Source of the DNA: Opitutia bacterium | GTDB taxonomy: Bacteria; Verrucomicrobiota; Verrucomicrobiia; Opitutales; T3Sed10-336 | NCBI GenBank assembly: GCA_050506795.1 | Contig: JBJHCF010000009.1 | Coordinates: forward strand, 65,801-129,800 | Direction of reading: 5' to 3' | DNA: 64,000 nt | Shown here: piece after piece, positions 10,907-20,211 of the stretch | Layout: each line of letters begins with the position of its first letter | Numbering within the stretch: the first letter of the stretch is position 1 | Notes under the pieces: generated by a model | The model's input: the letters and a program-made list of their open reading frames with translations, nothing else | Databases searched by the model: none | What the model was told of the DNA's origin: nothing | Program-made: the position numbers and the translations under genes

Positions 10907-11539
10907 TTAAAACCGCCCCCGTCCGTACTTCGATTCCCAGTAGAGCAGGAGGCCGAAGCCGAACACCATACCGCCCAGGTGGGCAAAGTGGGCGATGCCG
11001 CCCAGGGCGCCGGTCATTCCCGCCAGGATGGAAACAGCTCCGATGATGATAACGAGGTACTTCGCCTTCACGGGAACCGGCGGAATCAGGAGCATGATCA
11101 TCTGATTCGGATAAATCCGCCCGAAGGCGACCAGAACTCCAAGCACACCTCCCGATGCCCCAAGCACAGGAGAACCTCCGCCCGGAGCCAAAACGCCCAC
11201 CACCAAGTGCAATAAGCCGGCGCCCACCACACAGAAGAAGTAATAAAAGGCGAACCGCCCGCTGCCCCAGAGGTTCTCGATTTGCACCCCGAACATCCAA
11301 AGCACGAACATATTCACCAGGATGTGCATGAAACTGCCGTGCAGAAAGCCGTACGACAACAGTTGCCAGGGATAAAAACCGGGACCTCGCGGATGGTCCC
11401 CCAACGGCCAAAGAATCAGCCGGTTGATGACCTCGGCCGGAGCCATATCCTGCAGCAGGAACATCACGGCGCACGCCCCGATAAGGGAAGTAGTGACCGG
11501 CGGAAATGCTTGTTGATTCATTGACATCCCTTGACTCAT
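10907..11539 (-). CDS. Rhomboid-family intramembrane serine protease
   Basis: WQLLSYGFLH..HILVNM, catalytic GASG, AHFAHLGG. Confidence 0.93.
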   Translation of the reverse strand: MSQGMSMNQQAFPPVTTSLIGACAVMFLLQDMAPAEVINRLILWPLGDHPRGPGFYPWQLLSYGFLHGSFMHILVNMFVLWMFGVQIENLWGSGRFAFYYFFCVVGAGLLHLVVGVLAPGGGSPVLGASGGVLGVLVAFGRIYPNQMIMLLIPPVPVKAKYLVIIIGAVSILAGMTGALGGIAHFAHLGGMVFGFGLLLYWESKYGRGRF

Positions 11540-11549
11540 CGCCGCAACC

Positions 11550-11723
11550 CTACCGCAATTCGCGACAAAACCAAGCCGGAACCACCGTTCCGATCGAGTC
11601 GATGTGCGCCATGGGGTTAAGGGTCACCCCTCCCGGCGAGCGCGGCAGGGTGTCGCCCAACTTGTCCGCGGCATGGGCGTGCGCCCACTCATGAATCGAA
11701 ACGTTCATACCAGAGGACTCCAT
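11550..11723 (-). pseudogene. Fragment of a site-2 (M50) metalloprotease
   Basis: 57-aa frame not in the ORF track: ...VSIHEWAHAHAADKLGDTLPRSPGGVTLNPMAHIDSIGTVVP...; HExxH and LGD..TLNP.AHID present, the rest absent. Confidence 0.8.
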
Positions 11724-11763
11724 TTCGCGGTCGCCGCGTCCCGGCGGCGAGCCTTTTCAACCC

Positions 11764-11795
11764 AAAAAAAGCGGCGGGCCGTAACCCGCCGCTTT
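11764..11795 (-). terminator. Intrinsic terminator of the PEP-CTERM gene
   Basis: Minus strand AAAGCGGCGGG-TTACGG-CCCGCCGC-TTTTTTT just after the stop at 11818. Confidence 0.85.
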
Positions 11796-11817
11796 GTGAA
11801 AGGTGAATTCCGAAACT

Positions 11818-13641
11818 TCAACTCCGCCGCCGGCGGCGTAACATGAGGGTTCCAGCCAGGGCCAGGAATCCGAAGATCGCCGCGTAGGTGGAAGGTTCGG
11901 GAACAACGGCGAGATCATTGCCCCCAAGGTAATTATAATCAATATGATACCCGTCGGGCAATCCGATGACATCGACAAACTCGGTTCCGGTCAGAAGAGC
12001 ATAGGACGCGAAGACATGTACCCCGGAAAGGTTATCTCCAATCTGCGACAGTTCCAGGATCGCATTTGTGATATCGAGTTCACCCAAAACATCAAGGAAG
12101 TCCACCTCCGAACCGTCGAATTCCACAACGAACGTCCCCTCGATTTCGGCCGAAGCTACCGTTAGGCTTCCGATGGAGGTCCCGGGATTAATGAACGCGC
12201 CCGCCGCGATAGACACCGGTGCTCCGATCATACCCGTGCCCATGAGCGTGGCGTTCGGCTCCACACTGACACCGGAAACATTCGCCAGGGTTCCATTAAA
12301 CGCCACCGAGCCGGCGCCGGATATGACCACGGATCCGGTGCCCGCCATATCCTGTGATATTCCCAAGTCAAATCCGTTCGTATCGATGTGGAGGCCACCG
12401 GCGGCAATAAACGCGCTAGACAAGCCGTGAATGAATTCAGGATGGCTCGCGTTGGCAACGATCTGACCTCCGTCAAAGGTCACGATAGAACTGCCGTCGC
12501 CCCCCAGGATCCGGGTCGTTTGGAGGGTGCCGCCTTCAATCGTGAGTTCACCCTGCGCACCCTCCTGAACTCCAATGTGCACGATGCCCTGATTGGTGTT
12601 GATGACACCGGTGTCCGAGAGGGTCACACTGCCTGTGCTGTCACCAATCTCGCTGATCCAGAGGTTGCCGTTCTGAAGATCGATCAACCCGCCGCTCTGG
12701 TTGATAACGCCATTCCCGGCAAACGAGCCCAGAACCATATGCTGCCCCTCGCCGCTTCGGGTAAGGGTTCCCCCGGACATATTCAGAATACCCGTGCCCC
12801 CTCCGTCCTGACCGAGAGCGAACCAGTAGTTCGAGTTGAACTCCCCGCCGGACAGGTTAAGGATTCCGGTGGATCCCCAGTTTCCAATGCGCGTCGGTAC
12901 TCCGGCAGCGACGTTGACTTCCCCGTCCGACAGATTGTACGTCCCTTCACTTCCACCGCCGGAAGCGATCCAGAATTGTCCCCCGTTCGCATTGAAGGCG
13001 CCCGAGTTGTGGTTGACCGTGGCGGTACCCCCAAAATCCGCCGCGATAAAATGCCCAGTAGAATTGAAAGTGCCGCCATTCAGGTTGATGGTGCCCTGGT
13101 TCCCACTCTGGAACCCGACAAAGATTAATCCATCCGCCACGTGGCTGAAGGTGGCGCCGGATTCAATCGTAAGCGTACCCGAGGAAACCGGTTCGCCCGA
13201 ATCCGCACGACCGATATTGGTGTTACCACCGCCCACGTTTTCAAGCACCGTACCCTCTCCTGATACAGTCACGGTCCCCTCGTTTCCCTCACCGGTCAGA
13301 CCGCCAATCCAAAGCCAACCGAGGTTGGTAAACGTCCCGCCTCCCTGAATCTCGGTGTGGCCGCCGCCCTGCCAACCGGAACGCAGTTCGAACACGGTAT
13401 GGGCGCCATCAGAGTTCCACACCGCGGTCCCGCCGTTGCTGATGTCGGCGAAGTTGTCCTCGCCCGGAACCTGCTGCGGATCCCAATTGGCCGCGTCCAT
13501 AAAGTCACCCATGTCCGCGTTGTCCCACACTACGGGCGATTGCGCGGAAACGGTCGTGCCCGGCAGGAATCCCACCAAACAAACCGCCCCCAAACCGAGC
13601 GTAAACAAATTCACCAGGAAGTATTTTGCGATGGTTTTCAT
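11818..13641 (-). CDS. PEP-CTERM surface protein with Gly-rich beta-helix (autotransporter-passenger-like) repeats
   Basis: Signal peptide; repeated G.G..NLSGG units; C-terminal VPEPSTYAAIFGFLALAGTLMLRRRRRS. Confidence 0.92.
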   Translation of the reverse strand: MKTIAKYFLVNLFTLGLGAVCLVGFLPGTTVSAQSPVVWDNADMGDFMDAANWDPQQVPGEDNFADISNGGTAVWNSDGAHTVFELRSGWQGGGHTEIQGGGTFTNLGWLWIGGLTGEGNEGTVTVSGEGTVLENVGGGNTNIGRADSGEPVSSGTLTIESGATFSHVADGLIFVGFQSGNQGTINLNGGTFNSTGHFIAADFGGTATVNHNSGAFNANGGQFWIASGGGSEGTYNLSDGEVNVAAGVPTRIGNWGSTGILNLSGGEFNSNYWFALGQDGGGTGILNMSGGTLTRSGEGQHMVLGSFAGNGVINQSGGLIDLQNGNLWISEIGDSTGSVTLSDTGVINTNQGIVHIGVQEGAQGELTIEGGTLQTTRILGGDGSSIVTFDGGQIVANASHPEFIHGLSSAFIAAGGLHIDTNGFDLGISQDMAGTGSVVISGAGSVAFNGTLANVSGVSVEPNATLMGTGMIGAPVSIAAGAFINPGTSIGSLTVASAEIEGTFVVEFDGSEVDFLDVLGELDITNAILELSQIGDNLSGVHVFASYALLTGTEFVDVIGLPDGYHIDYNYLGGNDLAVVPEPSTYAAIFGFLALAGTLMLRRRRRS

Positions 13642-13912
13642 GATTTTTACTGGAGTTCTCACACCGGGCTTCGTCCGGAAACAGAAGTTTTCTCCAAGTG
13701 AGATCGGAACGAATCCGATATAGAATTTTTAGAGACAATGAAGCAGAACTGAATACAGCAATCAGGCCGAGCTGAGTCAATCGAAAAGACCGCTGTCTCA
13801 AGCCATATCTTTATTTGACGCAAAACTCCCCTGGCCAAACATACCGCTTCCAACGCGGTCTATATGGTGCACCCCCCGACAGCCTCGTTTACTTCGAACG
13901 CTGGAACACTTA

Positions 13913-15295
13913 TCAACTGCTGCTTCGTGCCGGCCGATTGCCACAGCGCAATTCCCCCAGCACGTCGAAAAAGTGGGGGAAGGTTTTGGCGCAGCAGCCG
14001 GGGTCTTTGATGTTTAACCAGGGTTTGCCGTCGCCTCGCAGGTCATGGCTGCCCAGAATGGCGAAGCTCATGGCGACCCGATGATCGTTGTAGGTGGTGA
14101 TTTCCACGTCCGGGATCAACGGGGCTGGGTGGATTTCCAGGGAATCTTCCGTTTCCCGGACTCCCTGACCCAGTTTGCGCAGCTCGAAGGACATGGCGTG
14201 CACCCGGTCGGTTTCCTGTTTCCGGGTGTGGGCGATGCCGCTGATCCGCGTGGGACCGTCCAGCAGCGGCGCGATAGCCGCCAGCGTCAGAAAGGTATCC
14301 GAGATCGCGGTGAAATCGCGATCCACGCCCTTTGGTCGCGCGGTTCCCGCGGGCCGGCGGGCCCAGAGACCCTCCGGTTTGGCGTTGATCTTCGTGCCGG
14401 TGGCGGCGAGCACCTCGGCAAAATCGACATCCCCCTGAAGCCCGGAAAAGCGCATGTCGCGCACCAGCACCTCACCTCCAACCGCGGTGGGCAGGGCCAG
14501 AAAGTAACTCGCAGCGGTGGCGTCGCCTTCCACCGGGTACAATCCGGACAGGGGAGGGCGGTAAGGATTGCCTGCGGTCACGGAAAAGGTGTCGCCCGTC
14601 TTGGTCTGGTAAAAGGGCTGACCGAACTGGTGCATCATGGCTTCGGTCATATTGACAAAAGGCCGGGAGACCGTGCCCGATTCGAGCTGGATTCGCAAAT
14701 CCGCCCGTGCCAGGGGGGCCACCAGGAGCAGGGCGGACAACATCTGGCTGCTGGCCTGGGCGTCGATGGTGATCTCGCCGCCGCGAAGACCGCGGGTTTC
14801 GATCTCCAGGGGAAATGACTCCCGTTCGGATGCGCTGATCCGCACCCCGAGGCGACGCAGAGCCGTCACTAACCCGGCCATGGGCCGATGTCGCATTTGC
14901 GGCACTCCATCCAGACGATACCGTCCACGGGAAGCCACCGCGCAGAATGCGGTGAGGAATCGGGCTGCCGTGCCCGCATTTCCCACGTGGAGGTCCGCCT
15001 TCTTCACCGGAATCACCCCTCCCTGCCCGTCGACCTCGATGGTGGCCGCGGTTTGGTCGTCGCGCACCGAAAACCCGAGATCCTTGAGCGCCTGGATCAT
15101 GATCAGGGTGTCCTCGCTGAACAGCGCGTTCTCCAGGCGGGTCGTACCCTCCGCCATGGCGGCCAGCAGCAGGGCGCGATTGGTGATGCTCTTGGACCCG
15201 GGAAGCGTCACCGCGCCGGAGACCGGCTGCGAGATGGGAACGATGGGCAAACTCCTGAGCATGGCGGGTTGAAATGGAATGAGGTTGGTCGGCAT
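13913..15295 (-). CDS. aroA: 3-phosphoshikimate 1-carboxyvinyltransferase
   Basis: PGSKSITNR, GNAGTAARF, SSQMLS, KQETDR, DHRVAM, KTFP; start could be 15262. Confidence 0.96.
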   Translation of the reverse strand: MPTNLIPFQPAMLRSLPIVPISQPVSGAVTLPGSKSITNRALLLAAMAEGTTRLENALFSEDTLIMIQALKDLGFSVRDDQTAATIEVDGQGGVIPVKKADLHVGNAGTAARFLTAFCAVASRGRYRLDGVPQMRHRPMAGLVTALRRLGVRISASERESFPLEIETRGLRGGEITIDAQASSQMLSALLLVAPLARADLRIQLESGTVSRPFVNMTEAMMHQFGQPFYQTKTGDTFSVTAGNPYRPPLSGLYPVEGDATAASYFLALPTAVGGEVLVRDMRFSGLQGDVDFAEVLAATGTKINAKPEGLWARRPAGTARPKGVDRDFTAISDTFLTLAAIAPLLDGPTRISGIAHTRKQETDRVHAMSFELRKLGQGVRETEDSLEIHPAPLIPDVEITTYNDHRVAMSFAILGSHDLRGDGKPWLNIKDPGCCAKTFPHFFDVLGELRCGNRPARSSS

Positions 15296-15328
15296 GTGAT
15301 AAAGCAGTCGATGAACCGGATCTCCGGG

Positions 15329-16171
15329 TTACAGTTTGTCGCGATAGGCCTTGCCCCGGTCGAGAAAGTGGCGGGCCAGGTAGTAGTCCTCGTTGGCGAG
15401 GGCGGTTTGGAAGCCGTGAAGTTCGTCCTGATAAGCCCTTAGGGCTCGCAGGATCTCGGACCGGTTCTGCTGCAGAATTTCCCGCCACATCTCGGTGTTG
15501 CCCGCGGCGACCCGGGTGGTGTCTCGCAAACCGGTGCCGCCGAATTTGATCCACGACGGATCCTTGAGACCGAGAAAACTGCACAGGGTGGACGCGATGA
15601 CATGCGGCAGGTGACTGATGTGGGCGACGATTTCGTCATGGGCCTTGGGGTTGACGGTCATAACGTCCGCCTCCAGTGCCCGCCAGAAAGCGACCACCCG
15701 CTCGGCCGCATCGGGATCGCTTTCCTCCAGGGGCGTAACGAAACACGGCCGGCGAACGAACAGATCGTCCCGGGCATGCTCCATCCCTGACTTTTCCGAC
15801 CCGGCCATGGGATGGGAGCCGATAAATCGTCCCTTGTCCCCGAGCAGGTGATGGCTTTTGCGGCAGATGAGACTTTTTACGCTTCCGACATCCGTCACGA
15901 TCGCCCCCCGCGGCAAACTGCCACAAATCGCACCCACCAACTCTGGAATCCGTCCCACCGGAGTGCAGATAATCGTGAGCTCCGCTTCCCGGCAGGCCTC
16001 TTGCGGAGCCGAAAAGACACTGTCACACCAAGAGGTTTCTTTCAGCTGCAGGCGGGCCTCCGGCCGCCGGGCCCAGACGGAGATCTTATCGGCCACCCCA
16101 TGCTTGCGCACTGCCTGAGCCAATGAGGCGCCGAGCAACCCGGGAGCGAGTATGGAAATCTGTTTAAACAC
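15329..16171 (-). CDS. tyrA: Prephenate/arogenate dehydrogenase
   Basis: Rossmann PGLLGAS, TDVGSVK, HPMAGSEKSG, SHLPH, RDTTRVA; GTG start at 16171 inferred. Confidence 0.92.
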   Translation of the reverse strand: MFKQISILAPGLLGASLAQAVRKHGVADKISVWARRPEARLQLKETSWCDSVFSAPQEACREAELTIICTPVGRIPELVGAICGSLPRGAIVTDVGSVKSLICRKSHHLLGDKGRFIGSHPMAGSEKSGMEHARDDLFVRRPCFVTPLEESDPDAAERVVAFWRALEADVMTVNPKAHDEIVAHISHLPHVIASTLCSFLGLKDPSWIKFGGTGLRDTTRVAAGNTEMWREILQQNRSEILRALRAYQDELHGFQTALANEDYYLARHFLDRGKAYRDKL

Positions 16172-16339
16172 TTTTTCGCGGCTTTTGCGCGGCGCATGAA
16201 AGGACTGCACGGTCCCGATACTGCGGCCGCCGATTGTGCGGTGATGTTATTCCGTGAGCGTTCTTGAAATCAATGCAAACGAAATGCTATTATCTTGTCT
16301 TTTAGCCTTTGAATCTTTTTTTACGGCGACAGGAGCGAA

Positions 16340-18070
16340 ATGCCCTATAAAAAAACCATAAGCAAGCGAGAGAAGCTCAGGCGAGGAGCCTATGTTTTTT
16401 TCTTCTCAGTCATTCTCGGAGTCATCGGATTTATTTTTTATCTGATCTTCGAGCCTGGAGGCGGCCCCCGAGGACCGGTCGGAGCCCAAATCGAAGCGGT
16501 CGCCCCGGCGGAACGTCAAGCTCTGATGGAGGAAAGCCGTGAACTCGAGGCCCGGTTTCGTCAAATGACCTCCGGCGAGGAGCCGCCGAACGAGGAAGCC
16601 GTTGCGCTCCTGCGCCGGGCCTACGACAACCAGCGTCGCGCTCTGGTCAACAACCCGACCGCCCCCCAGGAAGAACGCAATCGTCTGGATCGCCTGCAAC
16701 GGGATCTGATGGAATTCGAAGGCGCCTACCTGGGACGCCGGGTGGCGAACCTGCGGGAGGAAGCCGCGAACCTGCGGGCCGAAGGCGACTTCGATGGCGC
16801 CATTCTTCTCCTGCGGGAAGCTCAGGAGGCACAGGAACGCATCAACCGGGAAATGCGAAATTCGCCGCACGCCAGCACCGCCGCCGCCACCTCGCTCGCG
16901 CGGGACATCGTCAATTGGCGGGCCGAACCGCTGGTTCGCCTCAGCCGGGAATCGGAGGACCTGGCACGGACCGCGGTGCGCGAGGAACGTTGGGCGGATG
17001 CGCTGGAGTATTTCACCGACGCCCGCGACGCCCAGGTCAGGATCAACGAGGAGTTTTCCCGCACCCCGTTTGTCAATCGCACTCGCGTTACCAGTCTCGA
17101 ATCGGAAATCGCCGACCTCCGCACCCATGAAATCCGCGCGGCCATCAATTCCAGCCGGGAATCGGGTTCTCAACTGCTGGCCGAAGGTTCCTTCGCCATG
17201 GCTGCCGAGCATTTTGCGCAAGCCGCGGCACGTCAACGAGAACTCAATCGCGAGTTCCCGGGAAGCCGCTTCGCATCCAGCGCAGCGCTCCGCGAATTGG
17301 AGGCGGCCCGGGAAACGGCGCTTAGCGGTGATCTGGCGAACCAACTGAACGCGGCGGTGGAAGCCCTTGAAACCAGCCTCCGCGACTGGCGCGGTCTCGA
17401 AGCCGTGCAACACCTGAACACCGCACTCACCGCCAGCGAAAGGTTGCGGGCCGATTACCCGCTGAGCGAGTTCCGCGACGAAGATCTGGCCTTCCGCATC
17501 ACCTACCTGGACAGCGTGCGCGGCCGCCTGCCGGACCTCCTGGAGGACATCAGCCCAAACCTGCGTCCGGTTCCGGAGCACCCCGGCAGCTCCATTTTTT
17601 CCCGAGAGGTCTCCCAGGAACTGTACCGCGCCGTGATGAACCGCAATCCCAGCCGCCAGATCGGTGAGCAACTCCCGGTCGACTCGGTCAACTGGGACGA
17701 AGCGGTCGAATTCTGTCGCCGCCTGTCGTGGGTGCTGGCCCGGGACGTTCGTTTGCCCACACGGGAGGAATTCCTCGCGGCGGCAACAGAAGGAGAAGCT
17801 GCCGCCGGACTGGCCTGGCACCTGACCAACAGCAACGGAGAATCTCATCCGGTAGCCGCCCGCGACCCCAACCGGCATGGAATCAACGACCTTTGGGGCA
17901 ACGTCGCCGAATGGCTCCAGCCGGCGGTTAACCGGCGCGCTCCGGTGGCGGGCGGCAGTTACGACGATAACCTGGCGGATCTAACCGAACCCCCAATCGA
18001 ACAGGTGGACACCAACCAGCGCTCGCGTTCCATCGGCTTCCGCTTCGTGGTGGAGATCGAAGAGCAATAG
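16340..18070 (+). CDS. Membrane-anchored helical protein with C-terminal FGE-sulfatase (SUMF1-like) domain
   Basis: N-terminal TM helix, long helical repeats, then PVDSVNWDEAVEFC, RLPT, DLWGNVAEW, IGFRF. Confidence 0.82.
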   Translation: MPYKKTISKREKLRRGAYVFFFSVILGVIGFIFYLIFEPGGGPRGPVGAQIEAVAPAERQALMEESRELEARFRQMTSGEEPPNEEAVALLRRAYDNQRRALVNNPTAPQEERNRLDRLQRDLMEFEGAYLGRRVANLREEAANLRAEGDFDGAILLLREAQEAQERINREMRNSPHASTAAATSLARDIVNWRAEPLVRLSRESEDLARTAVREERWADALEYFTDARDAQVRINEEFSRTPFVNRTRVTSLESEIADLRTHEIRAAINSSRESGSQLLAEGSFAMAAEHFAQAAARQRELNREFPGSRFASSAALRELEAARETALSGDLANQLNAAVEALETSLRDWRGLEAVQHLNTALTASERLRADYPLSEFRDEDLAFRITYLDSVRGRLPDLLEDISPNLRPVPEHPGSSIFSREVSQELYRAVMNRNPSRQIGEQLPVDSVNWDEAVEFCRRLSWVLARDVRLPTREEFLAAATEGEAAAGLAWHLTNSNGESHPVAARDPNRHGINDLWGNVAEWLQPAVNRRAPVAGGSYDDNLADLTEPPIEQVDTNQRSRSIGFRFVVEIEEQ

Positions 18071-18182
18071 CCGCTGGAACCCGCCTTGCGGCCATGAGTT
18101 GTCGGCCGGTTTGGATCAGTGACGATTTTTCTGAAATGGGCGTTGACAGGCCGGGGGGGCCGGGTTCTATTGTCGACCCTTT

Positions 18183-18308
18183 ATGAAAGTCGTAACTTCA
18201 CTGAAATCCGTAAAAAGCCGTCATCCCGGTTGCCAGGTTGTGCGCCGTCGCGGCAAAGTTTACGTCATCAACAAACTGAATCCTCGATTCAAAGCCCGCC
18301 AAAGGTAA
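18183..18308 (+). CDS. rpmJ: 50S ribosomal protein L36, type B (Zn-free)
   Basis: 41 aa not in the ORF track: [41 protein letters not shown]. Confidence 0.93.
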   Translation: MKVVTSLKSVKSRHPGCQVVRRRGKVYVINKLNPRFKARQR

Positions 18309-18330
18309 GGCAATCACCGACTTTTCTGCT

Positions 18331-18585
18331 GTGAAAAAGGATATCCATCCCACCCTGAACCACGTCGCTTTCGTCGACGTTGCTTCCGGAAAACGATTTC
18401 TCACTCGCTCCGTAGCCCGTTCTCCGCGCAAAGAGAGCATTGACGGCGTGGAACACTTCGTGATTCTTCGGGACATCACCTCCGATTCCCATCCGGCCTA
18501 CACTGGAGAAAAACGCATGGTCGACTCCGCCGGCCGCGTGGAGAAATTCGAAAAGAAATTCCGCCGCGTGCGCCGCAAGGACTGA
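18331..18585 (+). CDS. rpmE2: 50S ribosomal protein L31, type B (Cys-free)
   Basis: MKKDIHP...SDSHPAYTG...DSAGRVEKF; no Cys. Confidence 0.93.
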   Translation: MKKDIHPTLNHVAFVDVASGKRFLTRSVARSPRKESIDGVEHFVILRDITSDSHPAYTGEKRMVDSAGRVEKFEKKFRRVRRKD

Positions 18586-18610
18586 CGCCCGAGCCAACTG
18601 TTTCTTTAAC

Positions 18611-18644
18611 GAAAAAGCCTTCCCGGGATCGGGAAGGCTTTTTC
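18611..18644. terminator. Bidirectional intrinsic terminator
   Basis: GAAAAAGCCTTCCC-GGGATC-GGGAAGGCTTTTTC between convergent L31 and DUF1015 genes. Confidence 0.88.
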
Positions 18645-18701
18645 ATTTTTCGCTGAGTGGCACAGCCGGCCACCGCACCGGGCGGGAGGATGTGACCCCC
18701 C

Positions 18702-19943
18702 TCAGTCCAAGGTGTGGACCACCAGACCGCTGCGCAGCTTGGGTTCGAACCAGGTGGTTTTGGGCGGCATGATGTTGCCGGTATCGGCGATGGTCATCAA
18801 CTGTTGCATGGTGACCGGGTACAAGGCGAAGGCGACCTTCATTTCTCCGCTGTCCACTCTTCGCTCGAGTTCCTCCATACCGCGGATGCCGCCGACGAAA
18901 TCGATTCGTTTATCCGTCCGCAAATCGCGAATCCCCAGAATTTCGTCCAGGACATGTTTCGACAGGGCGGTGACATCCAACGCCCCGATCGGGTCGTTGC
19001 CGTAGGCTTCCGGACGGGCCTTCAGAGCATACCACCGGCCCTCCAGGTACATGCCGAAGGTGCGCGGTTTCTCCGGTTTGGCGGGCCCCGGCCGAACCTC
19101 TTCCACATCGAAAAAGGCCCGCAGCTTTTCCAACAGGGCCGCCGCCTCGAGACCGTTGAGGTCCTTGACCACCCGGTTGTAGTCGATGATGTTCAACTGG
19201 TTGTCCGGAAACAGGACCGCCATGAAGAAGTTGTACTCCTCACTGCCGGTGTGTCCCGGATTGTTCTTCCGTTTTTCCGCGCCCACCAGCGCGGCCGCGG
19301 CGGTGCGGTGGTGTCCGTCCGCCACATAAAACGCCGGCACTTTGGCAAACAACTCCTCCAGTCGCTGGATGGTCGGATCGTGATCGATCAGCCAGAACCG
19401 GTGCCCGAACCCGTCATCGGCGACAAAATCGTATTCCGGCTCTCCGTCAACCACCACGCTGACGATACGATCGATTTCGTCGACCGCCGGATAGGTAAAA
19501 AAGACCGGCTCGGCATTGGCGTTGGTCACACGAACGTGCTTCATCCGGTCCTCTTCCTTGTCCTTGCGGGTGAGTTCATGCTTTTTGATGACCTCGTTGA
19601 GGTAATCCTCCACCGCGGCGCAGCCGACGATGCCGTACTGGGTCCGTTCGCCCCAGGTTTGGGCATACACGTAGTACATACGCTTGGGGTCTCGGACCAG
19701 AAACCCCTGGTCGACAAACCGGCGGAAATTCTCCCTCGCCTTGTTGTAAACCGCCTCGGAGTAATGATCCGTATCCTCCGGCAGTTCGATCTCCGGCTTT
19801 ACCACGCGCAGAAAACTGTGCGGATTGTCGCCGGCTTCACGGCGCGCTTCCTCCGAATCGAGGACATCGTACGGGCGCGAAGCGACCTCGCGGACCAATT
19901 GTTGCGGCGGCCGGTAGCCCTGGAATGGTTTCAGTATAGCCAT
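18702..19943 (-). CDS. DUF1015 family protein
   Basis: PYDV, IKKHELTR, YVADGHHR, MPPKTTWFEPKLRSGL. Confidence 0.9.
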   Translation of the reverse strand: MAILKPFQGYRPPQQLVREVASRPYDVLDSEEARREAGDNPHSFLRVVKPEIELPEDTDHYSEAVYNKARENFRRFVDQGFLVRDPKRMYYVYAQTWGERTQYGIVGCAAVEDYLNEVIKKHELTRKDKEEDRMKHVRVTNANAEPVFFTYPAVDEIDRIVSVVVDGEPEYDFVADDGFGHRFWLIDHDPTIQRLEELFAKVPAFYVADGHHRTAAAALVGAEKRKNNPGHTGSEEYNFFMAVLFPDNQLNIIDYNRVVKDLNGLEAAALLEKLRAFFDVEEVRPGPAKPEKPRTFGMYLEGRWYALKARPEAYGNDPIGALDVTALSKHVLDEILGIRDLRTDKRIDFVGGIRGMEELERRVDSGEMKVAFALYPVTMQQLMTIADTGNIMPPKTTWFEPKLRSGLVVHTLD

Positions 19944-20010
19944 AATTGTCTCTGGTGAAAAAAGGCCCACTTTTCCGGCAGGCGACCGGTCAAGGCAAGA
20001 ATAAAGGTCC

Positions 20011-20143
20011 GCGCCCTGTGACTGGTTCGTGGTTCCTGGTTCGTGGTTCTTGGCTTTTGTTTAACGGGAGGATGCGCCCCCATGACCAGTCCTCATTGGT
20101 GAAGCAACCAAGAACGAAGAACGAGGAACCACGAACAGGGCGC
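20011..20143. repeat. Inverted repeat built from 7-nt tandem units
   Basis: Left arm GCGCCCTGT..(TGGTTCN)x4; right arm AACCAAG AACGAAG AACGAGG AACCACG AACAGGGCGC is its approximate reverse complement. Confidence 0.75.
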
Positions 20144-20211
20144 CGCCCGCCATTTTTTGCTTGGGATTGCCGCCCAACGGAATCATTGATGGAGCTTTCG
20201 CCTTTGCCGCT

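Noticed and set aside
13800..13850. Sigma-54 promoter for the PEP-CTERM gene
   Set aside because: TGGC and TTGC are present on the minus strand but the spacing does not fit GG-N10-GC.
16340..18070. Active formylglycine-generating enzyme
   Set aside because: The catalytic Cys pair is absent; treated as a non-catalytic FGE-fold domain.
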